From contig JAVZJD010000002.1 in the NCBI GenBank assembly GCA_038870975.1, positions 131,037 through 195,036 of the forward strand: DNA of 64,000 bases. Direction: 5' to 3'. This stretch comes from Candidatus Bathyarchaeia archaeon. GTDB lineage: Archaea; Thermoproteota; CALKCG01; B24. The notes beneath the pieces were generated by a model, which saw nothing but the letters and a program-made list of their open reading frames with translations, made no database searches and had not been told where the DNA came from. Shown in pieces: positions 56,813 to 64,000 of this stretch. The position numbers and the translations under genes were made by a program. Each line of letters starts with the position of its first letter. Position 1 is the first letter of the stretch.

Positions 56813-57919
56813 CTAAAGTGTAATAGTAGTCTTTAAACCACTTCCAGTGAGGATTACCACAATTCCATTATCTCCTAGAGGTTTTATACTTGAAGCATGC
56901 TTCTTATAGGCTACGTATGCAACGGCAGAACTCGGCTCCACGAGAAAACCCTTCCCAGCAAGCTCTAGAAATGCTTTGAAAACCTCTTTTTCATCAACTA
57001 TAACGACGTCTCCATCCGCTCTCCTCAACTCTTCAACCATGATGTTGAGTAGTGGAGGGTTTACATTAACTAAAGCATCGGCTATAGATGCTATTTTTTC
57101 TGGGGGTTTGTATGGCATATTCTTAAACGCATGGTAGAGGGGTGAAACTTGCCTCGTTTGACAAGCCACTATCCTCGGTATTTCATCTATAACACCCGAT
57201 TCCACTAGGTGTTTAAAACCGCTTATAACGCCTAGAAGCAGAGTTCCAGCTGAAACAGGTAGGTAGATAAGCCCCGGTGTACGCCAATTAAACTGCTCCA
57301 CCAATTCGTAGGCGAGGGTTCGTATACCATCTCTAAACAGCGGGTGTAAAACGTGTCCAACGTATATCTTCCCTCTTTCACTCCTCTGCGCTTCTTCAGT
57401 GGCTTTATCCCTAGTCCCTGGAACCTCGACCACTTCTGCGCCGTAGAATTTTATCTGGTTTAGCTTTGGACCGGAGATGCTTTCTGGAACGTAGATTTTC
57501 GCTTTTAGCCCTGCACGGGCGGCGTAGGCGGCTATGGATGCGCCAGCATTTCCAGAAGAATCTTCAGATATATAACCCCCAGTTTCTTTAACCTCCCGAT
57601 GTATCGTGGAGATTAATACGGTGGAGCCTCTATCCTTAAAAGACCCCGTTGGATTTAGATTCTCAAGTTTAAAGTAGACATTTCCTGCGAATTTGACTAG
57701 AGGCGTCCATCCCTCTCCAAGTGTGACAATATCATCCTCCTCTACGTAGGGGAAGAACCTCATGTAACGCCATAAACCATAGTATTCAGCGTTGACCTCT
57801 CCAACTTTAAAATCAGATAGTGGTTTAATTGAAAGCGGTTGACCACAGTTTAAACACTTAAATTCGATGAGGCTTTTAGGTTTATAGTTACACTTTGAAC
57901 ACTTCACTTCATAAGACAT
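56813..57919 (-). CDS. Threonine-synthase-like PLP enzyme with N-terminal zinc ribbon
   Basis: KCSKCNY...CLNCGQ ribbon; PLP-lysine motif ...FKLENLNPTGSFKDRG...; Gly-rich ...SSGNAGASIAAYAA... Confidence 0.7.
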   Translation of the reverse strand: MSYEVKCSKCNYKPKSLIEFKCLNCGQPLSIKPLSDFKVGEVNAEYYGLWRYMRFFPYVEEDDIVTLGEGWTPLVKFAGNVYFKLENLNPTGSFKDRGSTVLISTIHREVKETGGYISEDSSGNAGASIAAYAARAGLKAKIYVPESISGPKLNQIKFYGAEVVEVPGTRDKATEEAQRSERGKIYVGHVLHPLFRDGIRTLAYELVEQFNWRTPGLIYLPVSAGTLLLGVISGFKHLVESGVIDEIPRIVACQTRQVSPLYHAFKNMPYKPPEKIASIADALVNVNPPLLNIMVEELRRADGDVVIVDEKEVFKAFLELAGKGFLVEPSSAVAYVAYKKHASSIKPLGDNGIVVILTGSGLKTTITL

Positions 57920-58010
57920 ACTTAACTTGATAACTTGGAAAAGGTGCGATTTAAACTATTATTAAAGGAGTTAAGCGGTTAAGAATTGAACTTTGAAAGA
58001 GGGTGAAAGT

Positions 58011-59171
58011 TTAGTTTTGTAGTTGTTCGATTTTTATACCGTCCTTTTCAAGCTCTTCGATGATTTTCTTGAAGTATTTCTCACTCATTCCAAGTCTTTC
58101 TGGTGGAACTACACCCTTCTCCTCGATCTCCTTCCCAAGTAAGAGCTGAACCACTGCTGATGCTGTATATGCAGTAGTTCTACCCATCGCCGTCACTCCC
58201 TTCTTTTCATCGTAGTAGTCTAGGAGGATGTAGGAATAATGGGTTTCCCGACCATTCTTAACACCGTCTACGTAGACTTTCATAGCCACTAGGTCTTTAA
58301 CCTCAGGTAGGCTTAGCTTCTGTTCGAAAACCCTAATTGTAAGTGTACGTGGAGGTATACCATCTATCGGTTTCTCGTCGAAAAACCCCAGATCCCTCAG
58401 CAATCTTATTTTTTCGGCATGACCTGGATACCTTAACGTCTTCTCCCACATATTCTCTACGCCTTTTATACTGTGGTGTAGAGTCCTCACTCCATCGGTG
58501 TAAAATGCTTCAAGCTTTCCAATGCCTGGGAATTCCACCTCTTCCAATCCATCCAATGCTTCAACTTCAATAGTTTCACCGCTTCTAACTATCTTCGATC
58601 TTCTCGTATATTCCTCTATCAAATCCTCCACACACCAAGTTACTTTATAATCTAAAGGGGGGATACGTTTTTGAGGAATACCTCCGACTAGAATAGTCAC
58701 GTTCTTAGCTTTGTCAAGCATGCTGACCGCTCTTCCCACGAGGATATTGCTTAAGCCTGGAGCAACCCCACAGTCGGGTATAATCGTCACCCCCGCTTTC
58801 AACGCCTTACCGTTTAAAGTCATAGGGTCTTCAGGCATATAAGAGAGGTCGACCATGTCAACGCCAGCCTCTATAGCTACTTCAACGGTCTTATATCCGA
58901 GCCTTCCCGGGGCTAGACCCACCAGGATGTCGAAGTTTTCAGCCGTTTTAACAAGCCTATCGTAATCGCGAATGTTTAATTGAAGGGGTTTAACGTTCTC
59001 TCTACCAATAGAGGAAGCTACCTTCTCTACGGCCTCTCTACTCTCATCTGAAATGACTATTTCAGCGTAGGGAGCCTTCTCCGATAAATGCCTCGCTAAA
59101 ACTGAGCCTATATAACCGCAGCCTATAGTGAGGATTCTCATACCTTCTAATTCTCGTTGATCGTTTCTCAT
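58011..59171 (-). CDS. Saccharopine-dehydrogenase-like NAD(P)-dependent oxidoreductase
   Basis: N-terminal Rossmann ...ILTIGCGYIGSVLA... and overall saccharopine DH/homospermidine-synthase-like pattern. Confidence 0.65.
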   Translation of the reverse strand: MRNDQRELEGMRILTIGCGYIGSVLARHLSEKAPYAEIVISDESREAVEKVASSIGRENVKPLQLNIRDYDRLVKTAENFDILVGLAPGRLGYKTVEVAIEAGVDMVDLSYMPEDPMTLNGKALKAGVTIIPDCGVAPGLSNILVGRAVSMLDKAKNVTILVGGIPQKRIPPLDYKVTWCVEDLIEEYTRRSKIVRSGETIEVEALDGLEEVEFPGIGKLEAFYTDGVRTLHHSIKGVENMWEKTLRYPGHAEKIRLLRDLGFFDEKPIDGIPPRTLTIRVFEQKLSLPEVKDLVAMKVYVDGVKNGRETHYSYILLDYYDEKKGVTAMGRTTAYTASAVVQLLLGKEIEEKGVVPPERLGMSEKYFKKIIEELEKDGIKIEQLQN

Positions 59172-59290
59172 AAAATTTAACCTGCAGTGTGGTATTTGAC
59201 GATCTAACGGAGAGCTGGATGTCTACAAAAATTTATAGGGTCTCTAGAGAAATGTAATGGCGGACTATCAACTACTCGAGGAGAGGTTTT

Positions 59291-60280
59291 ATGGATCCGG
59301 AGAAACTCCGCGAATTTTTAATGGGAGGAGCTGTAATATGCGTTCAACTAACTCCATTTAAAGAAGATGAAAGCGTGGATTACGAGGGTTTAAAGGAGAA
59401 TACGAGTTTTTTAGTCGAGGAGTGTAAAGGTGAACCTCTAGTTTTAACCCCTGTGGGAAGTACTGGGGAGAAGTATGCTGTTACAGATGAGGAGTGGAGG
59501 AGGATCGTTAAAACAGTTGTAGATGCTGCTAACGGTAGGGTTCCAGTTGTACCAGGTGCTTCACACTCTGGCACTAGAGTTGCGATAGAGCGTGCTAAGT
59601 ATGCTCAAGATGTTGGCGCGGATGGTGTTATGGTAGTCCTACCGTATTATCACGTTCCAGAGGAGGAGGGGCTATATCTACACTATAAGGAGATTGCAGA
59701 CTCGATAGAAATAGGCGTCATACCTTACAATAACCCGGATGTTTCAAAGATATACATGATGCCGCATGTCCTTAAGAAGCTGGTGGATAATACTACCAAT
59801 ATCGTTGCGGTAAAGGAGAATACACCATACATACAAACGCTCTACGAGCATATAAAAACTGTAGGAGATAGAGTACCGATTATGCAGGGTAGAGGTGAAT
59901 GGTGGTTTGCTGCAACAGTCTTCCTAGGCGTAAGAGGGTACATTTCTGGCTATGCAAATTTCATGCCTGAAATATCCTTTGAACTGCTTAAAGCCGGATT
60001 GAATGGAGATTACCGGAGGATGAAGGAGGTAGTGAAGAGGCTTGATCCGTATGAGGAGTTTGTAGCGAAAATCTGTAGGAAGTATGGTCCATCGACGACA
60101 ATACTGCCCTATCCCTATGTAAACTCTTACATGATATACGCTGTGATGAAGGCAACCATGGATATACTTGGGCTTAAAGGTGGACGAATGAGGCTACCTC
60201 TACTGGATTTAAAGAAGGAGGATAGGAAGGAGTTGGAGAGAATAGTATTTGAAGTGTTGAAATTGGAGAAAGTACGTTGA
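59291..60280 (+). CDS. DapA-family class I aldolase (dihydrodipicolinate synthase / 2-keto-3-deoxy-sugar-acid aldolase-like)
   Basis: ...TPVGSTGEKYAVTDEEW... (GSTGE motif), ...GADGVMVVLPYY..., Schiff-base Lys region ...IVAVKENT... Confidence 0.65.
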   Translation: MDPEKLREFLMGGAVICVQLTPFKEDESVDYEGLKENTSFLVEECKGEPLVLTPVGSTGEKYAVTDEEWRRIVKTVVDAANGRVPVVPGASHSGTRVAIERAKYAQDVGADGVMVVLPYYHVPEEEGLYLHYKEIADSIEIGVIPYNNPDVSKIYMMPHVLKKLVDNTTNIVAVKENTPYIQTLYEHIKTVGDRVPIMQGRGEWWFAATVFLGVRGYISGYANFMPEISFELLKAGLNGDYRRMKEVVKRLDPYEEFVAKICRKYGPSTTILPYPYVNSYMIYAVMKATMDILGLKGGRMRLPLLDLKKEDRKELERIVFEVLKLEKVR

Positions 60281-60293
60281 TATGCGTCGCATA

Positions 60294-61172
60294 TTAGCCT
60301 GGTAATCCCGCACTCCTCCAAACTTTCTTCAGGTAGTCGCCAGTCAATCTCACGGCGTCTTCAGGTGGCATTCTATTGACTCTATCACTGAAGGGTTCGG
60401 GTGTTACAGGCCCATCGTAGCCTATGCTTTTTAAAGCCCTGAGGAAACCTACTAGGTCGATTACACCAGTCTCTCCCGGTAGACACCGTACATTGTCGAT
60501 AAGCTTATCTATTGGCACGTCTGCCGGGGCATCGTTTATATGCACGTAGACAACGTCTCTACCTTTAAGCTTTAATATGTCTTCCAACGTTCCTCTCGAT
60601 GCATACCAATGCCAGCTATCTAAGAGTACACCTACGTTTTCCAGCTCTAAGGCTCGACATAGCTCCAGTATTCCACTCAAATCATATATGAAGCTGTACT
60701 TCCGGTTTACTCTAAGCGTCTCCGTACCCACGAACTCCAATCCGAGCCTACAATCGGCTTTGGATAAAACCTCAGCTATGGGTTTAAGTCTGGAGATGTG
60801 CCAATTAAAATTCTCTTCAAAAGGCTTATCATCTGAGAATGGCAGGATCCATGTAAAAACCCTTGTGCACTCTACTTCAGATGCTATGGAGGCTAGACGG
60901 TTTAACCTTGTTAAGCCCTTCTCGTATGTATCTACGTCTCTACGCCATTCAAACGGTAGACCCCAGCCTCCAGGCTTTACTCCTCCATCTCTGAAAAGCC
61001 TTCTCACGTAATCTATAGATTTTTCCTCTGCAAGCTTTAAAACCTCATTTATATCTATTTCAAGCCCTTGGAAACTGCCCAGCTTCGCAAGCTTGATGTT
61101 TTCATTTAGTGTTTTATGGATGCCTATAGCGTATGGACTTAAATTTCTAAACATACCCTCTAGTATGTCCAT
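60294..61172 (-). CDS. Sugar phosphate isomerase/epimerase (xylose-isomerase-like TIM barrel), third copy
   Basis: ...GLEFVGTE... and ...YVHINDAP... metal-site motifs. Confidence 0.65.
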   Translation of the reverse strand: MDILEGMFRNLSPYAIGIHKTLNENIKLAKLGSFQGLEIDINEVLKLAEEKSIDYVRRLFRDGGVKPGGWGLPFEWRRDVDTYEKGLTRLNRLASIASEVECTRVFTWILPFSDDKPFEENFNWHISRLKPIAEVLSKADCRLGLEFVGTETLRVNRKYSFIYDLSGILELCRALELENVGVLLDSWHWYASRGTLEDILKLKGRDVVYVHINDAPADVPIDKLIDNVRCLPGETGVIDLVGFLRALKSIGYDGPVTPEPFSDRVNRMPPEDAVRLTGDYLKKVWRSAGLPG

Positions 61173-61221
61173 AGTTCTTTAAAGCTTTTCACCTGCTTAA
61201 CCAAGGCTGGGGATTGTAGGG

Positions 61222-62256
61222 TTGTTAAGCTTAAATATCATTTCCTCCTCTGAGGATGTAGGTGGTCTATTGGTAAACGTCGGCATTATAGGTTGTGGAG
61301 GGATAATGAGGGGGTGTCACATACCAATACTGGCTAAAATGTCGAATGTAAAATTGGTTGCCTTCTGCGACGTTGAAATCGGTAGAGCCAGAGAGTTGGC
61401 TCAAACGTATAAAGCGAATGCTTACGCCGACTACCGGGATATGCTTCTAAGGGAGAGGCTTGACGCGGTGTTTATAGCTGTTCCACCCTATGCGCATGGA
61501 TTTGAAGTGGAGGTTGTTGAAAAAGGGATACATATTTTCGTTGAAAAGCCGGTTGCATTAGATTTAGATACGGCTAAACAGGTGGAGAAAGCCATTCAGA
61601 GGTCTGGGGTTGTAAATAGCGTGGGGTATATGTGGCGTTACCTGGATACTACGGATAAGGCTTTAGAAGTTTTAAGAGACTCCGGTCCAATAGTCCTCGT
61701 TGAGGGTCACTATATAGACCCATTTTGGCTTCCACCTGGGCATTGGTGGCTTAGTAAGAGTAAAGGTGGAGGACAGGTTATTGAACAGGCAACTCACGTT
61801 TTCGACTTGGCTAGGTTTCTAGTTGGCGATGTTGAGAAAGTATACGCTGAATTCGACTACAGTTTGATAGGTAAGTATGCAGCGGGCTCCGATGTTGAAG
61901 ACTGCTCTATAACGGTTTTAAAATTTAAAAATGGAGCCATAGGTGTTATAACTGCTACATGTATCAGTAGAAACACCTACAACTTCACAGACTTGAAAAT
62001 CCTAGCTGAGAAAACGGTTATAGAACACGGAGGACACAGAGGCTTCTTAAGATTATACAGGCACAATAGGATTGAAGAGATTAGACCGTCTGTAGACCCG
62101 TATGCTCTAGAGGATGAGATATTCATAGATGCCGTTGAGAAGGGTGATACATCTAAGATAAGGTCAAACTACAGCGACGCTGTAAAGACGTTAGAGGTTA
62201 CATTAGCCGCTAATGAATCCAGTAGTACCAGTAAATCGGTAAAACTCAGCCAGTAG
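61222..62256 (+). CDS. Gfo/Idh/MocA-family NAD(P)-dependent oxidoreductase
   Basis: ...VGIIGCGGIMRGCHIP... Rossmann N-terminus, ...VEKPVALD... (EKP motif). Confidence 0.75.
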   Translation: MLSLNIISSSEDVGGLLVNVGIIGCGGIMRGCHIPILAKMSNVKLVAFCDVEIGRARELAQTYKANAYADYRDMLLRERLDAVFIAVPPYAHGFEVEVVEKGIHIFVEKPVALDLDTAKQVEKAIQRSGVVNSVGYMWRYLDTTDKALEVLRDSGPIVLVEGHYIDPFWLPPGHWWLSKSKGGGQVIEQATHVFDLARFLVGDVEKVYAEFDYSLIGKYAAGSDVEDCSITVLKFKNGAIGVITATCISRNTYNFTDLKILAEKTVIEHGGHRGFLRLYRHNRIEEIRPSVDPYALEDEIFIDAVEKGDTSKIRSNYSDAVKTLEVTLAANESSSTSKSVKLSQ

Positions 62257-62267
62257 GTGTATCTTAT

Positions 62268-63257
62268 ATGGCTTTAGGTGTTGGAGTCGTCGGTTGTGGC
62301 GGTCAAGGCTTAGCGCATATTGAACGCTTTCTAAGAGATGGACGCGTTAAACTACAGGCGGTCTGCGATGTAGATGAAGCTAAAGCCAAGGAGGCGGCTA
62401 AACGGTTTAACGTCGAATATTACACCAGCTATGAGGAGTTCTTGGAGAATCCGAATTTAGACATCGTTAGTATTGCTACGCCTAACTACATGCATGCTTC
62501 TCAAACGGTGGCTGCTTTAAACGCCGGTAAACACACCCTGTGTGAGAAGCCCATGGCTTTAACGGTTGAAGACTGCGATGAGATGATTAAAGCCTCTGAA
62601 AAATCCGGTAGACTTCTAGCAGTAGGTTTCCAGTTAAGGTTTAAAGACGCTTTCCAAAAGGTTCGAAGTTTACTGCATGAGCTTGAAGAACCTTTAAACG
62701 CTTACGTGTTGAGGCTTTCACCCAACCCCTATGATTTAAACCTTGAGTGGAGGAGGAAGAAGTCCCTCATGGGAGGACTAATACTCAGCATGAATTGTCA
62801 TGAAATAGATATGATGAGGTGGCTCCTAGGCGAAATAGACTATGTTAAAGCGGATTTAAAAACCATGCTCTATGGAGATATCATCGACTACGAGGATAAC
62901 GCATGGCTGACTTTGGGCTTTAAAAGGGGACTAACGGCCGTGCTCGGGTCGAGTATGACTGCTCACACATCGGTATACGAGTACATGTTTATCTGTAGAG
63001 GTGGAACCGTTATTCTCCACCCGTGGGAGAATAAGATATCGGTTTTCCAAGAGCATGCCAGTAGGACGGTAATAGCCGAGAGTGATGACCCTCTGCAGAA
63101 AGAGATATCTTGCTTCATAGACTCCGTAGAAGATGGGAAGCTTAAACCGCCTCTAGCCTCAGGAATAGATGGTAGAGCTGCTACAGCGGTCATAGAGGCT
63201 GCGAGAAGGTCTTCTGAAAAAGGTGGGTTAGCTGTAAAACCTAGGGGAGGTTTTTAA
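62268..63257 (+). CDS. Gfo/Idh/MocA-family oxidoreductase, second copy
   Basis: ...VGVVGCGGQGLAHI..., ...CEKPMALT... (EKP motif). Confidence 0.75.
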   Translation: MALGVGVVGCGGQGLAHIERFLRDGRVKLQAVCDVDEAKAKEAAKRFNVEYYTSYEEFLENPNLDIVSIATPNYMHASQTVAALNAGKHTLCEKPMALTVEDCDEMIKASEKSGRLLAVGFQLRFKDAFQKVRSLLHELEEPLNAYVLRLSPNPYDLNLEWRRKKSLMGGLILSMNCHEIDMMRWLLGEIDYVKADLKTMLYGDIIDYEDNAWLTLGFKRGLTAVLGSSMTAHTSVYEYMFICRGGTVILHPWENKISVFQEHASRTVIAESDDPLQKEISCFIDSVEDGKLKPPLASGIDGRAATAVIEAARRSSEKGGLAVKPRGGF

Positions 63258-63266
63258 ACAATCCCA

Positions 63267-64000
63267 TGGCTGTGGGTTACAATAGATTGGAGGTTTGGAG
63301 CGGCTTCGACCTAGCTTCCTCTCTTAAAGCCAGTTTTTCACTCCCCCTTTTTGAAAACCCAAAGTCTGACACCTTCGTTAAAATATATGGTTATTCTGCT
63401 GGTTCGATTTTCAAAATCGAGAAAGATGCCACGTATTACTATGGTTGTAGTCTTAACGATGCACTACTTTTAAGCGGGGCTTGGTTCAACCCCCTTGAAA
63501 ACGTGAAAAAGCTCAGCCGTAGGAGGGCAGCATACGTTTACGAGTTTTTAGAGGTCTTTCCAGGTTTAAGCATAGCCGTCGATCCTTGGGATTTAAAAGC
63601 CATGTTCTACTCCATCTTCCTATCGAGGAATACGAGTTATCACATTAATACCGTCCGCTGGCTACGTTGTATGGCTGTTGAAGCGGGGGATGAGGGGAAG
63701 CTAGTCTCTCTAGACCCGAGGGTTTTCGGGAGAAGCTATCAACTCGTTCAATTGGCTGAAATCAAACCTGAGTTGGATAAAACGTTGGACTCTATAGCCC
63801 TTGAGCTTAAATTTTTTGAATATGAAGATGTTTTTTCACGTGTGAAAACTAGGCTTTTACAGCTTCCATACGTCGGCTCTAAGTCCGTACACGCCTTTGG
63901 ACTCTTCTGCCTAGGCTTAACGCGCCTTGCACCAGTGGATAGGCATTTAATGGAGATTGCCAAATCGATAGGGGTGGCGGATAATCGCTTTAAAATACCT
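63267..64000 (+). CDS. HhH-GPD DNA glycosylase, archaeal 8-oxoguanine glycosylase-like (3' partial at window end)
   Basis: ...LPYVGSKSVHAFGLFCLGLTRLAPVDRHL... helix-hairpin-helix Gly/Pro-rich loop with Asp; ORF continues beyond window. Confidence 0.5.

Noticed and set aside
1-64000. CRISPR array
   Set aside because: No regularly spaced direct repeats of 24-40 bp with unique spacers anywhere in the window. The only periodic element is the 12-bp CCATAAAA phasing at 20026-20069, which is far too short.

Overview
This 64-kb window is archaeal. Evidence: a class-I archaeal CCA-adding enzyme, the UPF0200/UPF0201 pair, a TIP49/RuvB-like protein, a PAN-like AAA ATPase, archaeal iPGM, tRNase Z, three tRNAs (one with a non-canonical intron) and a moderately AT-rich, crenarchaeal-style genome. 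Most of the window is housekeeping and carbohydrate-metabolism chromosome: GH38 alpha-mannosidase, GH4, CE4 deacetylase, three xylose-isomerase-like TIM barrels, two Gfo/Idh/MocA enzymes, a DUF6807-like protein, and MATE/MFS/NhaP transporters.

The clear accessory region is a ~12.3-kb island at ~4.2-16.6 kb. It is bounded by an intact tRNA-Pro(GGG) on one side and an imperfect 24-bp copy of that tRNA's 3' end on the other. Each copy is preceded by ~120 bp of homologous gene-end sequence. The island carries an operon-like block: a small wHTH protein, a motif-permuted DNA methyltransferase, two paralogous unknown proteins and a 681-aa polytopic membrane protein. This looks like a candidate undescribed restriction/defence module. 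The island also carries a ~70-bp inverted repeat pair of a small Cys-ORF, VapBC modules (one frameshifted), a transposase C-terminal remnant, a PNP/UDP phosphorylase and two multiply frameshifted pseudogenes.

Outside the island, the most unusual gene is a 996-aa HerA/FtsK-like P-loop ATPase fused to a coiled coil and about 12 tandem CxxC zinc-ribbon modules. Other notable features are two paralogous MNT-HEPN pairs, a decayed vapBC remnant with a G7 frameshift, a KaiC-like/serpin/Hsp20/PAC2 cluster, and a cluster of a Zn-ribbon threonine-synthase-like enzyme, a saccharopine-dehydrogenase-like enzyme and a DapA-like enzyme.

All functional calls rest on motif recognition by eye. No database searches were run.
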